Below, piece by piece: positions 16,318 through 24,396 of a DNA stretch of 27,967 bases. The notes under the pieces were generated by a model. The model was not told where the DNA came from, ran no database searches, and saw nothing but the letters and a program-made list of their open reading frames with translations. Source of the DNA: a virus (lineage: Duplodnaviria; Caudoviricetes). The DNA is taken from positions 1 to 27,967 of IMG/VR virus record IMGVR_UViG_3300032227_000596. One strand, written 5' to 3'. Each line of letters begins with the position of its first letter. The stretch's first letter is position 1. The position numbers were made by a program, and so were the translations under genes.

Positions 16318-17737
16318 TGTACAACGCTTGTTTCTGGAAATGATGTTGGAGGACGCACAAGGCTATGTGCGTGTGCAGAACATCTACAATCCAGAGAACT
16401 TTGATCGGAGCCTGCGACCAGCGGCCGAATTCATAAAAGAGCACGGCGACAAGTACAAGACCCTGCCGGACCGCGCACAGATAGCAGCCACTACAGGTAT
16501 CCGGCTACAGTCAGTTCCAGAACTCAACGAAGGGCACTTTGAATGGTTCATGACTGAGTTTGAATCGTTCACTCGTAGACAAGAACTAGAACGTGCGATC
16601 CTTAAAGCAGCAGACTTACTGGAAAAGGGAGATTATGATCCTGTGGAGAAGTTGATCAAGGATGCTGTGCAGATCAGTCTGACCAAGGACATGGGCACAG
16701 ACTACTTTGCTGACCCTGCTGGTCGTATACGCCGGTATTTTGAATCGGGCGGACAAGTGAGCACAGGCTGGCCACAGATGGATCGACTGTTGTATGGCGG
16801 ATTCGGTCGCGGTGAACTAAACATCTTTGCTGGCGGATCAGGATCGGGCAAGAGTTTGGTCATGATGAACATAGCATTGAACTGGGTACAACAAGGACTC
16901 AGTGGCGTGTATATCACGCTGGAATTAAGTGAAGAACTCACAAGTTTAAGAACAGACGCCATGTTGACCAACATGAGCACCAAGGACATACGCAAAGACA
17001 TTGACACAGCAGAGCTCAAGGTCAAATTGGTAGCAAAGAAGTCGGGCAACTATCAAGTGAAAGGATTGCCGGCACAGTCAAACATCAATGACATACGAGC
17101 ATACTTGAAAGAGTATCAGATCCAAACAGGTAAGAAGGTAGACTTTGTGATGATCGACTACTTGGACTTGTTGATGCCGGTGAGTGCCAAGGTCAGCCCC
17201 AACGACTTGTTTGTGAAAGACAAGTATGTATCGGAAGAACTGCGTAACTTGGCCAAAGAACTACAGATGCTCATGGTCACTGCATCGCAGTTGAATCGAT
17301 CAGCGGTGGAAGAAGTAGAGTTTGATCACAGTCATATCTCGGGTGGTATCTCAAAGATCAACACAGCAGACAATGTGTTTGGTATCTTGACCAGTCGGTC
17401 AATGAAAGAGCGTGGCAAGTATCAGATACAGTGTATGAAGTCGCGTAGTTCAACAGGTGTGGGACAAAAGATTGATCTGGAATACAACATTGACACCATG
17501 CGTATCACAGATGCAGGTGGTGATGAAGCTGACAACGGATTTCGCAAGCCCAGCAGTGTGATGGAATCAATCAAGGCTCGTGCCAGTGTTGCGCCAGCAG
17601 ATGCCGCAGCACCGGCCAAATGGGAACGAGGGCAAGCCAAGCCAGGTGTTGATCCGTTAGACCCTACACCCAAGATCACAGCAGATGTGCAAAGCAACAA
17701 GCTAAAGGAGTTGTTGGGCAAGATCAAAACTGGTTAA
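16295..17737 (+). CDS. Replicative DnaB-like helicase (T4 gp41-like)
   Basis: GGSGSGKS, ITLELSE, IDYLDL, TASQLNR, KSRSS; TTG start with AAGGA RBS. Confidence 0.9.
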   Translation: MLKDYGVDVQRLFLEMMLEDAQGYVRVQNIYNPENFDRSLRPAAEFIKEHGDKYKTLPDRAQIAATTGIRLQSVPELNEGHFEWFMTEFESFTRRQELERAILKAADLLEKGDYDPVEKLIKDAVQISLTKDMGTDYFADPAGRIRRYFESGGQVSTGWPQMDRLLYGGFGRGELNIFAGGSGSGKSLVMMNIALNWVQQGLSGVYITLELSEELTSLRTDAMLTNMSTKDIRKDIDTAELKVKLVAKKSGNYQVKGLPAQSNINDIRAYLKEYQIQTGKKVDFVMIDYLDLLMPVSAKVSPNDLFVKDKYVSEELRNLAKELQMLMVTASQLNRSAVEEVEFDHSHISGGISKINTADNVFGILTSRSMKERGKYQIQCMKSRSSTGVGQKIDLEYNIDTMRITDAGGDEADNGFRKPSSVMESIKARASVAPADAAAPAKWERGQAKPGVDPLDPTPKITADVQSNKLKELLGKIKTG

Positions 17738-17770
17738 AGCCAATAAATAACTCAAAGGCCCTTGAACGCA

Positions 17771-18019
17771 ATGCAAAAACGCACCCGTAGTCTATTGGAA
17801 GAACTGGATTCAATGTATGTTGAGCGTGAACGCGACTTGATAATAGAAAGCCGCGCCTCAAATATCATTGCTGGTGCCATCAACTTGTTAGAACAGATAG
17901 ATGCTTCGTATTCACCGGAACAAGCAGAAAATCTCACCCGCAAACTGCTGAATGCAATCCGCACCCGGGATGCAGGCCGCTTTGCTAGAACCGTAAGGCG
18001 TAGTCATGCAAATCAATAA
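17771..18019 (+). CDS. Small helical late protein
   Basis: TAAATA at 17744-17749; MQKRTRSLLEEL...LIIESRA; start moved to ATG 17771. Confidence 0.7.
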   Translation: MQKRTRSLLEELDSMYVERERDLIIESRASNIIAGAINLLEQIDASYSPEQAENLTRKLLNAIRTRDAGRFARTVRRSHANQ

Positions 18020-19937
18020 ACTGCTGGAAGGCGGGAATGTATTCAAAACCAAAGATGGTGAACCACTTACTCAGCGCATCAATCGTGCGGATGTGCCTGC
18101 CACAATTAACTGGATAGAACAGGTCACTGGAATAGAATTTCCTCGAGACCGTTGGTTAGGATCAACTGGCAAGAAACCCACATCCGGTGACTTGGATCTT
18201 GCTGTGGATCTCAATGAAGTAAGCAAAGAACAGCTGGCCGGAATCCTCTCACAATTTGTGCAAAGTCAAGGCTTAGACCCTAGAGAATATGTGAGCAAGC
18301 GAGGTGAGGTACACTTACGCACCCCTATTGGTGGCGATGCCAACCGAGGATTTGTGCAGACTGACTTTATGTTCTTTCCTGATCTGGACTGGGGCGGGTT
18401 CTATTACAGCGGCGGTGAGGATTCTGAATACAAGGGCATGAACCGTAATGTGTTGATGTCGAGCATAGCCAAACAACAAGGACTCAAAGTAGGTGCCAAC
18501 GGCATGTTCTCTCGTGCCACAAATGAATTGGTTCGTGGTGGAATGGATCCTGACTATGTGGCCACAGTGCTGTTAGGCCGCGGCGCCACTCGTGATAATC
18601 TAAAAAATGTAGAATCAATCTATGCTGCACTCAGCAATGATCCCGACCGTGATGTCAAAGTAGCAGACTTCCGTGAGTATCTTGCCAAGGAAGGCATGCG
18701 AGAACCAGAAATGACTGTGCGTGAAAGTGATGCCAACTTCCTGGCTCGCCTGCGTGATCGCATTGTGAATCAAGGTATGCAGCCCTTGATCGAGAACAAG
18801 CGATCATATCAACTGTACGAACAAGAACCCGCAGCAGTAGGCGGCAAAGCCAAAGGCATTGAGCACCTGGAAGACTACATATTCCGTAGTGGCTCTGCAG
18901 GAGTGGACCGAGCACTCGAAATAGCTGATAGTTTCTATAGTGATCCTAAGACAGGATCAGTGAAGTGGGACGGCAAGCCTGCTGTGGTGTTTGGTCGCAA
19001 GCCTGAAACTGGTGAGTTTGTGCTCACTGATGATGCTGGTTTCACAGCGGATAGATTGTTTACTAGCACACAGGAAGTTGCTACAGACATGGCTCGACGA
19101 GATGCCAATGCGGCTGCCAAAGGTAACAAAGCAGATAGGATACAGACTTTGTTGCCCACCTATGAAACCGTATGGCCATACCTTGAAGCAGCCACTCCGG
19201 AAAACTTCCGTGGTTATGTCAAGGGCGATCTATTGTATACTGCAACACCTCCGGTGGAAGCAGGTAATTTAGTATTTCAGCCCAATACGGTGCAATATCG
19301 TATTCCTGTGGCCAGTGATCTTGGAAAGAAAATAGCCAACAGTGAAATTGGTGTAGCAGTACATACCATGTATGCAGATTCAGATGCCGATAAGCAGCCA
19401 CTTAGTAGAGTCAAATTTAATCCTGTGCCGGGATTGTTCTTGATAGAACCCATCTATGCCCAGTCCGTGCCCAAGAACAATGCCATAGTCAAGCAGATAA
19501 AAACACTGCTGCGCCAGAATCGAGCGGCCATAGACACCTTGTTCAACCCCATGGAACTGCGAGCCATGAAGATCACTGACTTGGCCAAACTGGCCATAGA
19601 TTACATCAACAAGAGAGTGGATCCAAGGCATGCTGCGTACACAGGTGATTTCAGTGACTTGGTACCTGGATTCATGGCCTGGTTGCAACAGACACAGACT
19701 CCACAAAAGGTCAACAACATAGCACAGTATCTGCGTAGTCCTACCTCAAACGAGCAAGGATTGGCTGCTGCGTTCTTGTTGTTTGAATTGCTGCATGATC
19801 TCAAACTGGATCTGCTGGGCAAACTAGATGCACAGGTGCCAGGTAACGAAGGATGGGTATTTGCTACCCCTGCAGGCTATGGCAAAGCCGTGAACCGATT
19901 TGACTTTACTGCCAGAAACAAAGCCAGAAACAACTAG
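18006..19937 (+). CDS. Fusion of a Pol-beta-superfamily nucleotidyltransferase and an ATP-dependent ligase-like (KxDG) domain
   Basis: GSTGKKPTSGDLDLAV and VQTDF; then HLED, KWDG, GDLL, EGWV, KAVNR. Confidence 0.7.
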   Translation: MQINKLLEGGNVFKTKDGEPLTQRINRADVPATINWIEQVTGIEFPRDRWLGSTGKKPTSGDLDLAVDLNEVSKEQLAGILSQFVQSQGLDPREYVSKRGEVHLRTPIGGDANRGFVQTDFMFFPDLDWGGFYYSGGEDSEYKGMNRNVLMSSIAKQQGLKVGANGMFSRATNELVRGGMDPDYVATVLLGRGATRDNLKNVESIYAALSNDPDRDVKVADFREYLAKEGMREPEMTVRESDANFLARLRDRIVNQGMQPLIENKRSYQLYEQEPAAVGGKAKGIEHLEDYIFRSGSAGVDRALEIADSFYSDPKTGSVKWDGKPAVVFGRKPETGEFVLTDDAGFTADRLFTSTQEVATDMARRDANAAAKGNKADRIQTLLPTYETVWPYLEAATPENFRGYVKGDLLYTATPPVEAGNLVFQPNTVQYRIPVASDLGKKIANSEIGVAVHTMYADSDADKQPLSRVKFNPVPGLFLIEPIYAQSVPKNNAIVKQIKTLLRQNRAAIDTLFNPMELRAMKITDLAKLAIDYINKRVDPRHAAYTGDFSDLVPGFMAWLQQTQTPQKVNNIAQYLRSPTSNEQGLAAAFLLFELLHDLKLDLLGKLDAQVPGNEGWVFATPAGYGKAVNRFDFTARNKARNN

Positions 19938-20009
19938 CCAAGGGCGTGATTTTTTGCCAGATTCATAAATAAGAGTAGGGCAAAAGCCCACTTTTTAGGA
20001 GATTTTAAA

Positions 20010-20441
20010 ATGGCAGTATTTACACAAACAAACGGTACCACACAACCAGTGTTCAACATGGACACGGCCAATGGTAACATTGCAGGCACAGCTAACATCG
20101 CCGCAACTGGATCAGTTAACTTCCAAGGCCCTAAGCTGGATTTCTTCAGCGTGGTAGCGAATGGTAGTTTGACCACTTCTGGTAATGTCAATGGCTACAT
20201 CAATAACATTTTGCAAGCCATCCAGACCAAGAGCACAGTGGCAATGTATCAGGTCAGCCCAGCGGCACCTACAATTCTTAACTTGGCTATCTATCCAACA
20301 GGTGCTTACACCGCAGCAACATTGTTGGCCACTGCTAACACCAGTGCTACAGTGGCATCTGGTGGTCAGAATCTGCAATTGAACAGTGCAGCCGGTAACG
20401 CTGCGTTCGTCACAAGCGCAACCAACTTTGCTCCAGTCTAA
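20010..20441 (+). CDS. Probable abundant virion protein (A/T/N/S/G-rich)
   Basis: Monocistronic: TAAATA 19966-19971, AGGAG 19997-20001, own terminator. Confidence 0.65.
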   Translation: MAVFTQTNGTTQPVFNMDTANGNIAGTANIAATGSVNFQGPKLDFFSVVANGSLTTSGNVNGYINNILQAIQTKSTVAMYQVSPAAPTILNLAIYPTGAYTAATLLATANTSATVASGGQNLQLNSAAGNAAFVTSATNFAPV

Positions 20442-20463
20442 GTTTAGACAGTAGTGAACGATC

Positions 20464-20495
20464 AAAGCCCTGGTTTATTTCCGGGGCTTTTTTTT
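20464..20495 (+). terminator. Rho-independent terminator
   Basis: AAAGCCCTGG-TTTATTT-CCGGGGCTTT followed by TTTTT. Confidence 0.85.
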
Positions 20496-20510
20496 GGCCG
20501 TAAATACGCC

Positions 20511-20921
20511 ATGACCCTGAGTATTCGTGTAACAACTGATTTTGATTGTAGACCCACAGGCATAACTGGTCATTTTCGCCCTAACATCTTGCCCATCACA
20601 GACCAACAAGGACAGGCTGTGACCAATCAAGCCACATGGTTGCGTAGTAGGAATCAACAACGCAACTGGGAAACCATCATGCAATTGATCAGCCTTTACA
20701 CACAACCTTTGCGTGTGAGTCGTGTGCGAGTGGAAAATCTTCAGTGGCAGTTTGATTTCGATGCCGATCAGGAAGATGTGTTTCGACTTGACAATGATCC
20801 AGTGGGTCGGTTGAAACAAGCATGTACCGGGGTGCCTGTAATAAACTATGTAGAACAAGAACTTACCACACTATTGCGACCAGATGTGAACATTTGGTTT
20901 GAGTCCGTGGAGCATAAATAA
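20511..20921 (+). CDS. Hypothetical late protein
   Basis: Start moved to ATG 20511, after the terminator and TAAATA 20501-20506; MTLSIRVTTDFDC...RNQQRNWET. Confidence 0.7.
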   Translation: MTLSIRVTTDFDCRPTGITGHFRPNILPITDQQGQAVTNQATWLRSRNQQRNWETIMQLISLYTQPLRVSRVRVENLQWQFDFDADQEDVFRLDNDPVGRLKQACTGVPVINYVEQELTTLLRPDVNIWFESVEHK

Positions 20922-20925
20922 CTTC

Positions 20926-21186
20926 ATGGACACTACCGATATTGAAAAGAAAAGCCTAGAAGCCCATGTTGAGCTGTGCGCCGAGCGTTACCGCATGCTG
21001 GAACTCAAGATTCACAATGTTGAGTCAGACGTGAGTTCGGTGAAAACCATGGTCACAGAAGTGCATGACATGATGCAAAAAATGGCTGCAAAACAAACTG
21101 ATCGACTGATCAGTTGGGGCATCGGCATCATTGGTTTTCTCATCGGCACCGTGGGTTGGTTGATATCACAGTACATACTAAAATGA
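20926..21186 (+). CDS. Coiled-coil protein with one C-terminal transmembrane helix (XhlA/holin-like architecture)
   Basis: LEAHVELCAERY coil, then WGIGIIGFLIGTVGWLI; TAAATA at 20915-20920. Confidence 0.65.
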   Translation: MDTTDIEKKSLEAHVELCAERYRMLELKIHNVESDVSSVKTMVTEVHDMMQKMAAKQTDRLISWGIGIIGFLIGTVGWLISQYILK

Positions 21187-21674
21187 AAGCCAGCCGCAAA
21201 CTTGCTGCTCTGGCCGAGCGTGAATTGCCCGGTCTCCTTGATCAAGTGATCATCGAGGATGGAGAAAAATACCGTGCGTTTGGCAGATACACCATACATC
21301 CTGTGGAAGGACTGTTCCAAGTGCGTCTCAGAGATGATGACGTTGGCATATTTTCAGGAACAAAATCTGCTCTGGCCTGGTGCATAGCAGACAACTTGTA
21401 CAGATTCAATCTAGCCAGACAGATAAAAGAACTGGATCAGTCCATTACACGATTACGAAATGACATATATGTGCGACGTAGCCTGGCCGAACGCACATCC
21501 GGGCATACCTGGGAAAACTTGATCAACAAGACCACTGCCAGACAAGAGCAAAGCCAGATGCTGGAAAAAGAACTGGCAAAATGTATAAATTTGGCTAAAT
21601 ACTGGCAACTACGAGGAAACTCAGATGAAACTAAACGAACTGGCCGTAACACGCCCTACACAACAAATCGCTAA
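21183..21674 (+). CDS. Hypothetical protein
   Basis: ATGA-coupled start at 21183 (MKASRKL); C-terminal coiled coil. Confidence 0.65.
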   Translation: MKASRKLAALAERELPGLLDQVIIEDGEKYRAFGRYTIHPVEGLFQVRLRDDDVGIFSGTKSALAWCIADNLYRFNLARQIKELDQSITRLRNDIYVRRSLAERTSGHTWENLINKTTARQEQSQMLEKELAKCINLAKYWQLRGNSDETKRTGRNTPYTTNR

Positions 21675-22536
21675 GGTATTCGAAGGTCACTTTGACCAAC
21701 AGGTACAATTTGATTCGCTGAACCGCAAGCAACTGCACAGCATGTATCGCCAAGTGCGAGGTGTGTTGAGCGAAGTGCGATCTAGCACTGCTCGCCACCA
21801 CAGCGAACAGGATCCTAGATATCTCAAGATGATGATGATGGAACAGGCCCTGGCTGAAAAGATCTATGAAGATGAAATGGGCAACACAACTCCTCAAACC
21901 AGTACATCGTCTGCTCCTGGAATAAATCCTCAACAGGCTGCTGCCATGGCTGCCAAACAAAAAGTAGATACAGTTAAGAAACTTGAGACTGATCTAGAAG
22001 CAAAGAAAAAAGAAGTCACAGATCTCCAAAATCAACTCAATGCTGCCAAGACCACCACCACTGTGGCAGAATGGCATCGTCGTGCTCAAGCCGGTGGTTA
22101 TTACCTCAGCGAAGGCGAAGTGCAACAAGCTCAGGTGGTGTTGGCTGCACAAGATATGGTTGACAAGCTGCAAGACATGATCGAAGACAGTACCGAGATG
22201 CAATTCAAAGAACTACCGGCTCTTGTTGATTCAATCAAGAACCAGATCGGCCAAGAGCAAGCAGCACAATTCAACAACGATGCACAAGCAGCACTCAGCG
22301 GCCTGGTGCAGAACTTACAAGGCAGCAAGCAACAACTGGAACAAGCATTGGGTGTAGTTACCGGACAAGGGCCAGTGGCCATGCCAGGCGCTGATGCAGG
22401 TATGATGCCTCCGGGTGGCGATCAGGGATTAGCAGGTCCTCCTCCAGGCGAAGAACAAATAGACATATCGGCCACTGAACCCATGGAACCAGGTGCTGCC
22501 GCGCCAGCAGCAGCTCTGGGTCGCGAGCGCAGATAA
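21625..22536 (+). CDS. Probable internal head or scaffold-like protein
   Basis: TAAATA 21596-21601 plus GAGGA; MKLNEL start; coiled coils; Pro/Gly/Ala-rich acidic tail ending LGRERR. Confidence 0.6.
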   Translation: MKLNELAVTRPTQQIAKVFEGHFDQQVQFDSLNRKQLHSMYRQVRGVLSEVRSSTARHHSEQDPRYLKMMMMEQALAEKIYEDEMGNTTPQTSTSSAPGINPQQAAAMAAKQKVDTVKKLETDLEAKKKEVTDLQNQLNAAKTTTTVAEWHRRAQAGGYYLSEGEVQQAQVVLAAQDMVDKLQDMIEDSTEMQFKELPALVDSIKNQIGQEQAAQFNNDAQAALSGLVQNLQGSKQQLEQALGVVTGQGPVAMPGADAGMMPPGGDQGLAGPPPGEEQIDISATEPMEPGAAAPAAALGRERR

Positions 22537-22883
22537 TGCGGATAAACGAAGTAGAAGCCGACGACACAGCAGACAGACTCATGGCCCTGGCCCAGTTTGC
22601 TCAGGGTCGTGCTGAAGACACTTCGGCCAAAATGCAAATGCCTGTGGCAGCATTTATCCAGCGAGCACAGAGCATGGGCATAGATATTGATCCAGATACC
22701 TTGCAGAGTCTAGTAAGTCAGCCTCCACTGAATGGTATATTCAACCCCATGGCACCTGATGCTGTAGAACTCACATTCAAAGGCGGAGACAAGTCCGGAC
22801 CGGTCAAGATGCCAGTGAACCAAGCACAAGACATCGTGGCCAACGCTGCACAATCTGCACTGAAAAAGAACCGCGGCGTTTGA
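22536..22883 (+). CDS. Probable internal head protein
   Basis: MRINEV start; coupled to the upstream gene. Confidence 0.6.
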   Translation: MRINEVEADDTADRLMALAQFAQGRAEDTSAKMQMPVAAFIQRAQSMGIDIDPDTLQSLVSQPPLNGIFNPMAPDAVELTFKGGDKSGPVKMPVNQAQDIVANAAQSALKKNRGV

Positions 22884-22894
22884 TCCAAAAGGGA

Positions 22895-22923
22895 TTGACG
22901 CGGCAGAGATAATCACTTACAAT
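22895..22923 (+). promoter_or_regulatory. sigma70-type promoter for iscU-iscA
   Basis: TTGACG-17 nt-TACAAT. Confidence 0.75.
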
Positions 22924-22937
22924 GTAAGGAACACAGT

Positions 22938-23324
22938 ATGGCATATTCAGACAAAGTAGTTGATCATTATGAGAATCCCCGCAATGTAGGATCATTCGCC
23001 AAGGATGATACTGATGTTGGAACCGGAATGGTGGGAGCACCGGCCTGCGGTGATGTAATGAAACTCCAGATCAAGGTAAAAGATGGCATCATCACAGACG
23101 CAAGATTCAAAACCTACGGATGCGGCAGTGCTATTGCGTCCAGTAGTCTCGTTACCGAGTGGGTTAAAGGTCGGACGCTGGACGAAGCCGCAGCTCTTAA
23201 AAATTCAGAGATTGCTCAAGAACTCGCGCTGCCGCCAGTCAAAATCCATTGTAGCATCCTTGCTGAAGACGCTATCAAAGCCGCAGTAGATGATTATCGC
23301 AAACGGCATGATCTCGTTCACTGA
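22938..23324 (+). CDS. iscU: Fe-S cluster scaffold IscU
   Basis: YSDKVVDHYENPRNVG, GAPACGD, YGCGSAIAS, LPPVKIHCS. Confidence 0.97.
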   Translation: MAYSDKVVDHYENPRNVGSFAKDDTDVGTGMVGAPACGDVMKLQIKVKDGIITDARFKTYGCGSAIASSSLVTEWVKGRTLDEAAALKNSEIAQELALPPVKIHCSILAEDAIKAAVDDYRKRHDLVH

Positions 23325-23631
23325 TACCGCCCGAAACAAAATCCAAAGATTGTTAGACAAACGCGGCGGCGTAGGTATTCGACTGGCAGTGAAAACTACA
23401 GGTTGCTCTGGATTGGCTTATGTGTTAGAATATGTTGATGCACACACCGCCGACGATACCACGATAAACTATGCTCAACCAGGTTTCTCTGTGATAGTGG
23501 ACAAACGACACGAAGTATATCTTTCAGGTATGACCGTGGATTATGTTCGCCAAGGCCTCAACGAAGGATTTGAATTCTCCAATCCTAACGAGCGCGATCG
23601 CTGCGGATGTGGAGAAAGTTTTAGAGTTTAA
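23308..23631 (+). CDS. iscA: A-type Fe-S carrier IscA
   Basis: VKTTGCSGLAY, GLNEGFEFSNPN, CGCGESF; start at ATG 23308. Confidence 0.93.
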   Translation: MISFTDTARNKIQRLLDKRGGVGIRLAVKTTGCSGLAYVLEYVDAHTADDTTINYAQPGFSVIVDKRHEVYLSGMTVDYVRQGLNEGFEFSNPNERDRCGCGESFRV

Positions 23632-23632
23632 T

Positions 23633-24349
23633 TTGTACAATCCACGATTTGATTATCAACCCATACCCCGTGTGACCATAGAGGGCAAACGCTTCTATGC
23701 CACACCCGATGGCAACAACTTGCCGTCAGTGACCACCATCCTGGATCGGACCAAGAGTGAAGCCAGCAAGGCAGCACTACATAACTGGCGCCGCGCTGTG
23801 GGAGCAGAAAAAGCACAACAGATAACCACAGAAGCAGCCAATCGTGGAACCAGGATGCACACCTATCTTGAAGACTATGTGAAAACTGGTGCGATCAAAG
23901 AACGCGGAACCAATCCTTTTTCCTGGTCAAGTCACGAGATGGCCCGGACTGTGATACGTGATGGACTAAAGAATGTGAGTGAGTTCTGGGGCATTGAAGT
24001 TCCACTATACTTTCCAAAGATCTACGCAGGCACCACAGATGGTGCTGGTATCCACTTGAATGAAGAATCCATCCTGGATTACAAGCAAACTAACAAGCCC
24101 AAGAAGCGCGAATGGATTGATGATTATTTTGTGCAGTTGTGTGCCTATGCAGAAGCCCACAATGAACTGCACGGCACAAAAATACGCAAAGGTGTGATCC
24201 TGATGTGTGTGAAACCAGATGTTGATGCAAATCACAATCTCGTCTCAAAGCCACAATACCAAGAGTTTATACTTGAAGGCGCAGAATACGATCGATACCG
24301 TGATCTGTGGTGGCGCAAAGTAGAAGAATACTACACCCGGCACATCTAG
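23633..24349 (+). CDS. PD-(D/E)XK exonuclease (phage exonuclease/MGME1-like)
   Basis: LPSVTTIL, RGTRMH, E..L, AGTTD, DYKQ, QLCAYA; likely TTG start at 23633. Confidence 0.85.
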   Translation: MYNPRFDYQPIPRVTIEGKRFYATPDGNNLPSVTTILDRTKSEASKAALHNWRRAVGAEKAQQITTEAANRGTRMHTYLEDYVKTGAIKERGTNPFSWSSHEMARTVIRDGLKNVSEFWGIEVPLYFPKIYAGTTDGAGIHLNEESILDYKQTNKPKKREWIDDYFVQLCAYAEAHNELHGTKIRKGVILMCVKPDVDANHNLVSKPQYQEFILEGAEYDRYRDLWWRKVEEYYTRHI

Positions 24350-24396
24350 CAGCCCAGGCGGATTCTGGCTAAATACAGCACAGAATTAGGATTCCC

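Noticed and set aside
20454-20510. ORF-track N-terminal extensions (20454, also 3776, 8489, 20899, 21114, 23290, 23543, 25926)
   Set aside because: They run through terminators, promoters or upstream genes; downstream starts fit coupling and promoter positions better.
23633-24349. Cas4 or CRISPR association of the nuclease next to the Fe-S genes
   Set aside because: It lacks the Cas4 four-Cys Fe-S pattern, and no repeat-spacer array was seen in the window.
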